64,000 nt of DNA from Mobula birostris (Eukaryota): assembly GCF_030028105.1 (NCBI RefSeq), contig NC_092380.1:62927717-62991716 (forward strand), given 5' to 3'. The notes beneath the pieces are model-generated. The model saw nothing but the letters and a program-made list of their open reading frames with translations, did not search any database and was not told the DNA's origin. The position numbers and the translations under genes were made by a program. Positions 1-13,171 of this stretch are shown here, in pieces; the first letter of the stretch is position 1; the number at the start of each line of letters is the position of its first letter.

Positions 1-1604
1 ATGACTATACCCTCCGCCACACAAAACCACCACGGTGGGCTTCACAGCTGAACAGGTGAGAAGACAGCTGAAATGTCTCAACCCAAGCAAGGCTGCAGGA
101 TCGGATGGTGTCAGTACCAGGGTGCTCAAAGCCTGTGCCCCTCGGCTATGTGGAGTACTTCACCATGTAGTCAACATGAGCCTGAAGCTCCGGAGGGTTC
201 CTGTACTGTGGAAGACGTCCTGCCTCGTCCCTGTGCCGAAGACGCGGTGCCCCAGCGGCCTCAATGACTACAGACCGGTGGCATTGACCTCCCACATCAT
301 GAAGACCCTGGAGAGACTTGTTCTGGAGCTGCTCTGGCCTATGGTCAGGCCACACTTAGATCCCCTCCAGTTCACCTACCAGCCCCGACTAGGAGTTGAG
401 GATGCCATCGTCTACCTGCTGAACCGTGTCTATGCCCACCTGGACAAGCCAGCGAGCACTGTGAGTGTCATGCTTTTTGACTTCTTCAGTGCGTTCAACA
501 CCATCCGCCCTGCTCTGCTGTGGGAGAAGCTGACAGCAAAGCAGGTGGATGCTTCCCTGGTATCATGGATTCTTGATTACCTGACTGGCAGACCACAGTA
601 CGTGTGCTTGCAACACTGCGTGTCCGACAGAGTGATCAGCAGCACTGGGGCTCCACAGGGGACTGTCTTGTCTCCCTTTCTCTTCACCATTTACACCTTG
701 GACTTCAACTACTGCACAGAGTCTTGTCATCTTCAGAAGTTTTCGGATGACTCTGCCATAGTTGGATGTATCAGCAAGGGAGATGAGGTTGAGTACAGGG
801 CTACGGTAGGAAACTTTGTCACCTGGTGTGAGCAGGATTATCTGCAGCTTAATGTGAAAAAGACTAAGGAGCTGGTGGTAGACCTGAGGAGAGCTAAGGT
901 ACTGGTGACCCCTGTTTCTATCCAGGGGGTCAGCGTGGACATGGTGGAGGATTACAAATACCTGGGGATATGAACTGACAATAAACTGAACTGGTCTAAG
1001 AACATTGAGGCTGTCTAGAAGAAGGGTCAGAGTCGTCTATATTTCCTGAGGAGACTGAGGTCCTTTAACATCTGCCGGACGATGCTGAGGATGTTCTACG
1101 AGTCTGTAGTGGCCAGTGCTATCATGTTTGCTGTTGTGTGCTGGGGCAGCAGGCTGAGGGTAGCAGACACCAACAGAATCAACAAACTCATTCGTAAGGC
1201 CAGTGATGTTGTGGGGATGGAACTGGACTCTCTCACGGTGGTGTCTGAAAAGAGGATGCTGTCTAAGTTGCATGCCATCTTGGTCAATGTCTCCCATCCA
1301 CTACATAATGTACCGGGTGGGCACAGGAGTACATTCAGCCAGAGACTCATTCCTCCGAGACGCAGCACAGAGCGTCATAGGAAGTCATTCCTGCCTGTGG
1401 CCATCAAACTTTACAACTCCTCCCTTGGAGGGTCAGACACCCTGAGCCGATAGGCTGGTCCTGGACTTATTTCATAATTTACTGGCATAATTTACATATT
1501 ACTATTTAACTATTTATGGTTCTATTACTATTTATTATTTATGGTGCAACTGTAACAAAAACCAATTTCCCCGGGATCAATAAAGTATGACTATGACTAT
1601 GACT
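1..1604 (+). mobile_element. Rex1/Babar-like non-LTR retrotransposon, RT and 3' end, with in-frame stops; lies in DDB1 intron 7
   Basis: ORF 35-973 has RT motifs (DYRPVALTS, FDFFSAFNTI, GAPQGTVLSP, QKFSDDS). ORF 1082-1453 is the C-terminal region. The 3' end has AATAAA followed by an (ATGACT)n tail at ~1587-1604. Confidence 0.85.
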
Positions 1605-1663
1605 AGCAATTAGAATTTGATAAAATCAGATATTCATTAAAAAGGCAGCTCCACATTGCTAAC

Positions 1664-1822
1664 CTCTCCCAGGAGTTCAACTCGAAGATCTTTGACAGTG
1701 ATGTTCCCATCCATTTGTTCCTCCCTCTCCAATAACAGCATAAACAAACGTCCCTCCATATCTCCCAACAGATATCGTGAACCATTGGGATCCACACGAT
1801 TGTGGCAAACGATTGTGCTTTG
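1664..1822 (-). CDS. DDB1: DDB1 (DNA damage-binding protein 1) coding exon 7
   Basis: [53 protein letters not shown]; 159 nt; AG/GT boundaries. Confidence 0.97.
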
Positions 1823-3350
1823 CTGGCAAGAAAGAGAAAAAAAGATAATTAAATATATTTGCATTCAAAAGTCATGACTTTCTTCTAAGAAACCAGATTT
1901 ATTAGCAGCTATTCATTTCCAGTTATAATTCAACTGGCTTTTAACTAAAGGGAAATAGTGACAGCTATGTTATTGTCTTGATAATGTAATGATTTATCTA
2001 AATTAAGATTGTTTTTATTTTTGATTTCCAGGGTCTGCAGGTTTTTCGTGCACAACCCTTCTTCTGCTCATCCCAAAACTTTAAATTGTTCTCAACAGTC
2101 CCACTGAACAGAAATTTGCAACCCAAGTACTTCACCCTAGTTTCTTGAAGTTCAAAATCCTCTCTGACACAACCTGCAGAATTTAAGAGGTATGCTTTGC
2201 ATAATTTAACAACATGAAAAACATATCAACAATTACAATTTATTACATTTACATTCTGCGTGAAGTGCAGAATCAAATATCGCTGTGATGATTGTACATT
2301 CTAGTATCAATTGTTTGGCGACAATAAAGTATAAAGTATTTAAGTGTCAAGTTCCTTATCCAAAGTCAAAATATTAAACTAACATCAAACATAAAACTTA
2401 CATCATAACTTATAAAAACTTCTATGTGTTGTGGATTGTTCTTTTTCAGGTAATGTAAGAAACAACTATAGATTAGCAAAGCATTACATATGAGCATATT
2501 ACATACATACTCCTAATCCCCGGTAATACTCAAGACACATGGTGCCTTTATCACAACTGGATGTGACATAAATAGCTACGTGAAGTCCCTCAAAATCAGA
2601 TTTCTGAAATGTTTTTGATATCAGTTATTTTAATTTTACCCCCAAACCCAGCATTTGTTCTCAAAACTCTCCTGCTTTTCAAGAAAATAGAACTTTAATT
2701 TCTTGGAAACATTCCACGACCTCAAAGTACTTTACAATCAATGACCATGTCCGTATTATTTTGTGGTTTTACAGCTAACGTGTGCTCAGCAAAAATTCAG
2801 AAACTCAGATAAATTATCAAATAGTTACTTTCACTAGTACCACAGGTTCTTCTACATACATTCACTTGGGCAGAATGTCAAATAAGGGATGTCAAACAAT
2901 GAAAATTTAATAGTGAATGGAAAGTCAAGATAGGTGGTATAATCAAATCTATTCAGAAAGCCTTGAAACTATAATGTTCTAACAAAGTCAACTATACCTA
3001 TGAATAAACTAGCAATTCGAAACTCAAAGGCCTAGTGTTAGAAATACCCCCACAACATAAACCATGCACTACTATAAAAGCTATGTTGACTTGTTCAGGA
3101 TTGAAGTGGGCTAATAAACAAGTGACAAGTCTGCCATCACCGAATCATGTTCCATTTTAGTTCAACACTGTAAATCATACCGCCTTTCTTCAAGACATGG
3201 CCATGGAGGAATTAAAAATAGAGACGATGATCAAATCTCCAAATAACATATGTTATGCAAGTAACAATAAATATTGATGCCAAATAACTTTGCTAAAATG
3301 AAGTCAGCCAGAAAACTATCTTCTTTTCTACTGACTTCTTTTATTTTTTT

Positions 3351-3650
3351 TGCCATGTGCGTGCATGCGTGTACGTCCGTGCGTGCGTCCATGCGTGTGC
3401 GATGTTGGTGGGACAATGTCTTTTTCATGCCTTTACAAGGCGCGGAACGAGAGAGACTGTGTGGCGCGCCACTCCCCACACAGACATTTCGCAGCATTTT
3501 TCCCTTTATTTTACGAGGTCGAGTTGCGATCTCGACCCTCAACCCGGCACGGATGGAAAGCGTACTCAGGAGCAGACCCGACTGGTTTCGAACTCGGGAA
3601 CCTCCATTCCAGAGTCTGGTGCTGATGTCATTGCGCCACCAGCCGGCCCA
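3351..3650 (-). mobile_element. Young CpG-rich tRNA-derived SINE in DDB1 intron 6
   Basis: Minus strand begins GGGCCGGCTGGTGGCGCAATG (A box) and contains GAGTTCGAAACC (B box). It ends in a (GCAC)n-like purine/pyrimidine tract and an A-rich tail. Confidence 0.8.
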
Positions 3651-3748
3651 CTGAGTTTTTCTTAAATGTAAGAAATAGCAAATGTACAACTCTAATGAAA
3701 ACTGGAAAAAGAGTGCATAAGATAAATTAAGCCATGCTTAAGAAATCA

Positions 3749-3943
<195 letters not shown>

Positions 3944-4413
3944 CTATGCAACTGTACTTTGCACTTTACTTCTGTTAAAAATAGTCAGGTTTAGCTTAAC
4001 CTCTGAGGGATCCCAGTAACGAAGGATAATCAGCTTTTAAAGAAAATTAAACAGCCTTTGGCTTTGAAATGAAGAAATTGGAAAAAAGAAAGAAAGATAT
4101 ATTTATATTATATTTTTCACATCCCTTTCAGGATTTCTTCTGTACTTGATACATTTTAAATGCAGTTCCATTGCAAGAATCACAACAGCCAAATTGCAGT
4201 TAGCTTTCACAAAAAAAAAAGCATTCATGACCTTGAAGACTTGATAAATACTAGTCAGAGCTCTGGGCAGAACTCAAATAGTGCCAGGGTACCTTTTGCA
4301 TCTACCTCAGGAAGCAGCCTATGCCTTAGTTTCTTATCACCTTCAATAGACAGCAGATTCTTCAGTCATGAACTAAGGTATTGACCTCGATTTGTGAGCT
4401 TGATTCTCTAGAG

Positions 4414-4495
4414 CTGGAGTTCCCAACCCTTTTTTATGCCATAGCCCAATACCATTGAGCAAAGGGGTCCATGGACCCAAGGTTGGGAACCCCTG
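4414..4495. mobile_element. 82-bp hAT-type MITE
   Basis: TIRs CTGGAGTTCCCAACC / GGTTGGGAACCCCTG; exact 8-bp TSD CTCTAGAG at 4406-4413 and 4496-4503. Confidence 0.9.
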
Positions 4496-4912
4496 CTCTA
4501 GAGTAAAACATGAACCCAAATCAAAGGGCAGAGTGTTAACAAGAGCTACTTTTGATTATAAATGCTGCCAACAGCTTTGAAGGTGAAAACACTTTATAAC
4601 TTAATAAGCCTATAATTCAGAAGGATTTCATATTTCATTCCAATCATTTGCATTTCTCCACCTTAGCCTGGCTAAAATAGCTGTTCTAACCAGCTGATCA
4701 AGAAAAAAAATCAACCAGGACTACCACTCAATAGGGTCACAATTAGTGACAATTATGAAAAAGCAAAGGAACATTAAATTTAGTTGAAACTGAAAATCAA
4801 CTTTGTTATATCATTTGTGATTGACTAGTCTGTCTGTACAATTTGCTGAGAACACTATGAGAAATGACAGTACCCCTTTTTTGCAGTTGTCCCCAATTGA
4901 TTCACCACACTA

Positions 4913-5119
<207 letters not shown>

Positions 5120-6393
5120 CTAAAAAAGAGAACAACTTAAAGTGGAAGCTTACAATGCAGCAACAAGTTGGCATGTCCCCAATAATTATGTTCCAAAGTC
5201 TGAGAACAAGGTCATTCTCGTTCTTATACATCACAATTTTTAACAACACTGGCAAGGAGTAACCTCAGGGGTTACATAATGAAATACTGGGGTACCATTT
5301 GGATCAAATGGATGAGAATATTGTTCATCTTTTATGAAGCACAGTGGGATACTGAACCAAAAAATGAAGAAGCCATAAAATGCACCTGATACTGGCATCA
5401 AATTTCTTCTTTAAACCTTAAATACAGGTCAAACTGAATGAATGCAAAGTACTATATTCTGTGGGAATTATATTCTTCACCTCAATTCAAGGGCAGCACC
5501 TCTTACAGGACCTACAAGACATTATTTCCGCATCTAGTCATCAGTGGACATCCGTCAACCAGTTAAATTAAGGAGCAGTCTGTGCTGGGGCCAAGCTGAG
5601 GATTCCCTTATTGTCGTGAAGTTTGCTACTGCAGTTATAAGGAAACTGTAAATTTCACAGTGGATATTTAGAGCTACTACAGAAGTACTCACTTTCACAA
5701 TTAACCATGGAAAACCAGAAGTTGCTCTCAATGACTCCCTGCTTCTCAGATTACTGAGATTAGTAAATTTGCAGAAATCAGTGATCAGACAAGAATATTT
5801 ACAAACTATTATTACAATAAAATGTTAATGTTCGACTTTCAGGGATAAATGGGATTTTAATAGTGCACTAATCTCTTTGGCCCTTACAAGCTAGCTGTAA
5901 ACACTTAGATTGTAATAACAACAAATATGTGGAAATTATGACAGTTACACTATTTTTACCTTTCTCTCATTTGCATTAATCTCCTACAGTCTATTCTTCA
6001 TTTCAGGTTAGATAAAATATTTAACATGCTGATTGAAAATTATGCTTTATATTTTCTGATTTGCTCTCCATGAGAAGTAGTAGGCTGCTCACCAAGCTTG
6101 ATTACAGATCGACAGGGATCCTCAAAACACTCAATAAAAACTGATTTTTTAAAAGGAGAAGCCCACACCAGATCTGTGGACAGTTTTCTTTAGCAACAGC
6201 TACTTTGCAGATGACCACAAAAGCCAATCCATTACTAATGGGCACAAAGAAAGAATGTTTATTGCCAAATTATATGTCATGCAAGCTTTTGTTTTCACAA
6301 CTTTCTTATATCATTATAACAAAAATTTACTCAGATATGCCGGCATTCCTTTTGTGTTCAGGTTCCTATCTAATTTAGCAAATCTCTACATCA

Positions 6394-6660
<267 letters not shown>

Positions 6661-6856
6661 TTATATCATTTATAGACTGAAAACCAGATGTTAAATTGTG
6701 CAATGGCTGCTAAAGTGGATTATTAAAACTTCTGGCACCACTGATTCAGAAAGTTCAGTTTAAAAGGTCATCAATTACAAACGTCATGTATGCTCTTCTT
6801 CTTCTTCTTACAGAAACATCTGCATGATGTTAATTGACTGTTGAACAGAAAATTCA

Positions 6857-7009
<153 letters not shown>

Positions 7010-8384
7010 CTATTATATATTCTCTTCACTAATGTATGAACAAAATGGACATTCTTCACTCAAGGGAGCAGAAAATCTGCCCAGATTCCATTACTATCTA
7101 AGCAGTAAGTACTATGAAATATACAACAAGAGGAAACTATACACTTTAAAACTCATATATGCAAGTGCCTTATGTTTGTAAGCATTTGGAGGTTGTACCC
7201 ATTAGCAAATCTAAGATCCCAAGATTCATTCTCTGCTTGTCAAGTTTGTAATTTTCAATAGGGATATAAATGACACATTACAAGCAACATTATCACTAAA
7301 AACTGGTAGAGATGGGGGAGAGAGAGGTAAAATAAAATCAGCCAGCATTCCCACTCCTGATCACTATTCACTGTCTCCAGCTAAAAAAATGTATTTCACC
7401 ATCAGTTTTGGGCCATGTTGTGGTAGTAATGCTTACCAACATTTTTTATTAAACAAACATGAATTATGATAAGGCACAGGCCCCTCGAAATCGTCCTAAC
7501 ATTTAGTAAGGTCACGGCTACTCTGACTGCAATCCCAACTCTGCGTTCCACCACTGTAACCTTTCGCCCCTTACTAATCAACTTCTACATTGAAAATGTT
7601 TGAAATCTTTGCTTTCGCTCATTGTGTGGAAGACAGTTCCAAAGATATGTGGTAAAAGAAAATGTGCATCATTGCATTCAAGAATGTGCACTTATTTGAG
7701 CAGTATCTGTAAGATCTAGATTGTCCGACAGAAAAAGAATCAAGGACCTTATATTTCACTCAAGTACTACCTCAGTCTTCTAAACTCCAGCAGACACAAG
7801 CCTAGCCTATTCATTCACCTTCACAGATAATAGTCTTTGAAATATGCTGAGATCTGCTTCCAATGCATTAATATCATTTTCTAAATAAAGAGACCTATAT
7901 TAGTACACAAAACAAGATCTCAATAATTACCTATGCAATCAAAACACTGTTTCCAATCTTTTGTATTCAATTTCCCCAAGCCATAAATGTTTATTCATAA
8001 ATTAGCTTTCGCGATTAGTTGCTATAAATACAACAATGACACCCTAACGAGAGTGGTGAACCTGTGGTACATATGCCCAAGATAACAGATACTAACATCT
8101 TACTGGCACTCAGCATGCAATGCCACATCTTAATTATTTAAATCCCACCCATAATAAGAAGATACATCTTAATTATGTGTGCCAAATGAAGAATGGAATG
8201 ATTTTTTACAGCCAGAAAGCAATGAGATATTTTCACACAAAAAGTCTCATGCCAACTGAGCACCAGTTAGATGGTTGCAAGAATGTACGACTTTGGATGA
8301 TACATTTTGAAATCCTCGAAGACCTGATGGACACGTTAGTATTTGGATAGTAAAAGGTTACAATCACTATACTATATAGAAATA

Positions 8385-8745
8385 ATGAGCAACACACACA
8401 CAATGATGAAGAAACTCAACAGATCAGTCAGCATTTTTGGAAAGGAATAAACAGCCAATGTTTCAGACCAAAATCCTTCATTAGCACTGTAAAGAAAGGG
8501 GGGGAAGATACGAGAATAAGAAGGTGGAGGAGGGGAAGGAGTGCAAGCTGGAAATGATAGGAGAAGCAAGGTGGGTGGGTGGGTGCGTGGGGGTCTGCAG
8601 CCCTTTACCTTTTCTACCTATCACCTCCTAGCTTCTTACTTCATCCCCATTCATCTGGCTTCCTAAAATTGCTAATTGATCTGCTGAGTTCCTTCAGCAT
8701 TTTATGTGTGTTGCTCTGGATTTCCAACATCTGCAGAATCACATG
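8385..8745. mobile_element. Degenerate Penelope-like terminal fragments in inverted orientation
   Basis: GCAACACACAC...GAAACTCAACAGATCAG on the left and CTGCTGAGTTCCTTCAGCATTTTATGTGTGTTGC on the right; same motif family as 12931-13160. Confidence 0.65.
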
Positions 8746-9553
8746 TTTAGAAATGATGTTACTTTTCAATTTTATTTAGAAGATTAGAAGTTTAAAAGTT
8801 TAAACAGGTTTCCTAAAATTCTTCATTTATTTCAGTGTCTCCATTATATTAATAGTAAAACAATGAATAAACATAAATAGGCAACAGAACTCATCCCTTT
8901 TCCTTAAAAAAATCCATTATTATTGCTATCCATTCATTAATCAATGATAATCTCTGCTCAAAATTACCACGGCAAGTGAAAGAATTTTTTTTAGAAGATT
9001 ATTGCCAATTGGGGAACAATGCTCTTAAAAAGGTTCGCTACCCGTCTACGGTATCACCCTTTGGGTGATATGCTTCTTTTATTTTTCAGACAAAATGGAC
9101 AATTTCTGCCAGTTCTTTGCCCACTTATTAAACGTTAGTAAAATCTACTTTCCTTTGTAAACGCCTTGTATCTTCTTCACAACTTGTTTTCCAATTCACC
9201 TTTGCATTGTCAAAGTTAACAAATATACTTTTGGTGCCTTTATTCCAAGTCACTTACAAAAGCCAATAGCACAATTGTACACCACTCATTCACAAGGTAT
9301 GATGAGGGAGTATGAAAAATTTAAAAGGATGTGGACCAAGCACAGGCAAATGAGACTTAATCAGGAAGGCACTTGGGTTGGTGTGGACTAGCTGGGATAA
9401 ATGACCTATTTCCATGCTGTATAATTCTATGACTCTAAGCACATCAAAATATTCAAATAAATTCTTATAAGCAAGATACCAAAGGGTAAGCAGCAGTTTC
9501 AAAATAGAAAGAAATACATCTTACACATATCAGCAAATTACTATTCATACCTA

Positions 9554-9748
<195 letters not shown>

Positions 9749-9989
9749 TTATCTTTTATTTCAATATAGGTTTGGACCCTGTGAATCGTCATGACAACTG
9801 GTCTCCTTGAACTGCTGAAATTTATTTAGTGAAGGGAATAACCACAGTGCTGTTCAACAGGGAGATCTACGAAATCTGACCAAGCAGTCACCATATGTTT
9901 GTTTTTAACTCTTCCAAGCTAAAATTAATTATTTGAAGATGTACCTACATCTAAAGATTCTTTTTTCCCAAAGAATCCTAATTTGAAGA

Positions 9990-10452
9990 AATGGTTTACT
10001 GAGAAAACTTACAAGGATGTTGCCAAGACTTGAGGACCTGATTTATAGGGAAAGATTGAAAAGGTTAGAAGTTTATTCCCTGGAGCAAAGAAAAATGAGG
10101 GAAAATTTCATAGATGTATATAAAATTATGAGTGGGATAGATAGGGTAAATTGCTGCAACTGAAATTGGGTAAGACTAGAACTAGAAGTCATGGATTAAG
10201 GGTGAAAAGTGAATTGTTTTAAGGGGAACATGAGGGGAATTGCTTCACTCAGTGAGTGGTGAAAGTGTGGAACAAGATGCCAGAGGAAGTGGTGAATGCG
10301 GGTTTGATCTCAACATTTGAAAGAAGTTTGTATAAGTACATGGATGGGAGGGGTATAGGGGGTATGGTCCAGGTGCAGTTCAATGGGACTAGGCAGAATA
10401 ACAATTCAGCACAGACTAGATGGGTCTGTGCTGTAGTGTTCTATGGCTCTAT
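9990..10452 (+). mobile_element. CR1 LINE 3' fragment
   Basis: Degenerate ORF2 C-terminus (VWNKMPEEVV..., LYKYMDG) and CR1 3' tail (TGCTGTAGTGTTCTATGGCTCTATG). Confidence 0.8.
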
Positions 10453-13023
10453 GATAAAGTACAGGGGAAATGTGAAAATTTCTCAATAATCTACAAAAAA
10501 TTTATTGTTATGTCATCTATCTGGAAATAAATAACCAGGGAGTACCCAAATAAATTTACTGAATATATTTTTAATAAAAAACTCCAAGTATTAGAGACAA
10601 ACTATGATGGAAATCTAAATAAATACTATGATACTGCCCACCCATAAATATAGAGTACCTACAATGGAATAAATTTTTCCAAGTGTCCTACAGAAATGAA
10701 AATAACCAATGGAGGAATAAATAAAAAGACAATTCTCAAAGCAAAATCTTAAGAGTCCAGGCTTCAACCTCTCTGCTCTTTGACACTTCCAATGACCCTT
10801 CCCCGAATATCTCAAAACATAGCATTCTAGGAGGCTACCGACATTTATTCTGTGGACTAAATGGAAATTGACTAGGCGCTGTTATCCATGGAACAAACCT
10901 ACAGTGAGCATATTCAGAAGTGACAAAAATTGCTCTTGTTGCAATTAAAAACACTTTGTTGAAGATTTTTAGTCTGCAACTAAATTACTTTTAACTTTCT
11001 ATTCACAATATTCCTGCAACTAACTGCTCAAACATTCTCGCATCTTTGCCCTGCTCAAATCTTCCTATTCCCAGTTCTCATCCATATGATCCGTCTCATC
11101 ATATGGATGAGAGCTAGGTGGTGGCTTTATCATGCAATGCAAAAATAATTCCTGGCTTTAGTACTGTTTTAAAATCCTCTGCATCTTAACCTTCAAGGGT
11201 AAATAATTCCACTTCTTTAACACTCTCTCATCTTCCTTCACTGAACTTTTGTCCACGAGATCCACCTCTTGCTTCCTCAATTTATTTAAACTAGAGAAAA
11301 TACCAATTTCCCTCACAACCTTTCACGTTGGTTAATTTTGTTAACACTTTGCAGAAGGTTCCCCTAATCTTTCAAATCAGCTGTCATTGCATCCTCTTTT
11401 CAGAACAACTTCTTAAAAACATGCAGCCCATTTCTAACCTCACTTTACTTACTAAAGTTCCTGCACTGTCATCTCCAAGGATTCTGCCCATCCTTCCAAA
11501 ATCTCCATGTTTGAATATTTCCAAACAGACTTCCAACCCTGCCAAAGTACCAAAGCGTATTTACCAAGATCAAGTTCAAAGTTAATTTATTATTAAAGTA
11601 TGTACATTACCATATACAATACTACCTCGACATTCATTTTCCTGCAGACATTTACAGGGAAAGAAGAAACAGACACAACAGAATTTATAAAAGTTATACA
11701 GAAAAACTGGCAAACAACTTAAGTACAAAAGATAAACTGTGAAAATAAAAAATAGTACTGAGAACATGAGTTGTAGAGTCCTTGAATGTGACTCTGCAGG
11801 TTATGGAATTTGTTTAGTTATTGTGAGTGAAATTACCCACATTGGTTCAAATTCCCTCTAATATCAGCTCCTGCCACAAACTCCAATCCATTGTCACTGA
11901 TTCAACTTCGCCCCCCCACCCCCCGAACTCCAGTATTAGAGACTAATGTACAGTTTTTGGGAACTTAGTGTCATATTTGATGAATGATGAATTTCCATAC
12001 ATCACTACTGTACCCAGTAGGCAAGGCAACATCTTTGGAAAAGAGTAAACAGTCGTTTTTTTTAACTCTTTTCCAAAGATGCTGCCTGGCCTGCTGAGTT
12101 CATCCAGCATTTTCTGATGGGTTGCTTTGGATTTCCAGCTTCTGTAGATTTTATTGTGTTTGTGAGTGCTGTACCTCAAGGTTCCACACTTCCTTACAAC
12201 ACCAAAGGCAGACATTCAGCTCATTAAACCTAAGGCAGCTCAGATCAATCAATACCATGCCCCCCCACTAATTTTCCCTGTCACCTACTCTTCCCCCAAA
12301 GCTGTATAATAATGTAGCTTCATTGCTGAGACTAGTGGTATTGCTCCACCCAAACTTGACTGTTCCAATCCACTCCTAGCTGTGGACAGAATCTATATTA
12401 TACCCTTTATAAACTTGGTGTTATTTAAAAATCTTACATCCAGCTCCTAATTTTATTTGCACTAGTGCAATACAGTAGCTCCTAGTTACATCAATGCAAA
12501 ACATCAATTTCAACACCTTCCCTATATCTCTCAAATGACAATCCTTTGATGCCTATTCTCACTCAATTTTGACCTTAATCACTTAAAATTTTATTATTGG
12601 AGAATTTTGCCTTTAGTTAACAATGCCTAAGCTTTAGAATTCTCTATTATTTTAAGGTATTCTTCAAAATCTACCACTTTGACCAAGCTTTTGGTTATAT
12701 GCCTTAACTTTCTAGATGCCAAATTGTGTCTGCTTTTATGATCAACATGTGATATGTTGTTATGAAAGCAAAATATAGAAGATGCTGGGAATCTAAAGTA
12801 AAAGCTTAATGCTAAAACTATTCATCAGGTTAGAAACACAGAAAAACAAATGGACTTAACTCAAATGATGGTCAATTGTCAGAACTTAAAATATTAGAGA
12901 AACATAAATTAAAGGGCGAAGGAGAATACAAACACAAAATAATCTGCAGATGCTGGGGTCAAAGCAACACTCACAACATGCTGGAGGAACTCAGCAGGTC
13001 GGGCAGCATCCGTGGAAAAGATC

Positions 13024-13059
13024 AGTCGACGTTTCGGGCTGGAGCCCTTCGTCAGGACT
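13024..13059 (-). ncRNA. Minimal type I hammerhead ribozyme motif (sense to DDB1 pre-mRNA)
   Basis: AGTC-CTGACGA-A-GGGC-TCCA-GCCC-GAAA-CGTC-GACT: CUGANGA and GAAA core, stem I AGTC/GACT, stem II GGGC/GCCC, palindromic ACGT stem III, GUC cleavage triplet. Confidence 0.8.
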
Positions 13060-13069
13060 CCTGATGACG

Positions 13070-13105
13070 TGTCCTGACGAAGGGTTCAGGCCCGAAACGT
13101 CGACA
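13070..13105 (+). ncRNA. Minimal type I hammerhead ribozyme motif
   Basis: TGTC-CTGACGA-A-GGGT-TCAG-GCCC-GAAA-CGTC-GACA; stem I TGTC/GACA. Confidence 0.8.
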
Positions 13106-13171
13106 GATCTTTTCCACGGATGCTGCCCGACCTGCTGAGTTCCTCCAGCATGTTGTGAGTGAAGGAGAATA

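Larger units (their letters stand above)
12931..13160. mobile_element. Short palindromic Penelope-derived element with two opposite-strand hammerhead motifs
   Basis: 91-bp inverted arms 12968-13058 / 13071-13161; 13-bp TSD GAAGGAGAATACA at 12918-12930 and 13161-13173. Confidence 0.88.

Noticed and set aside
3231-3689. Four overlapping ORFs of 91-152 aa
   Set aside because: Caused by the GC-rich, stop-poor SINE; no protein motifs.
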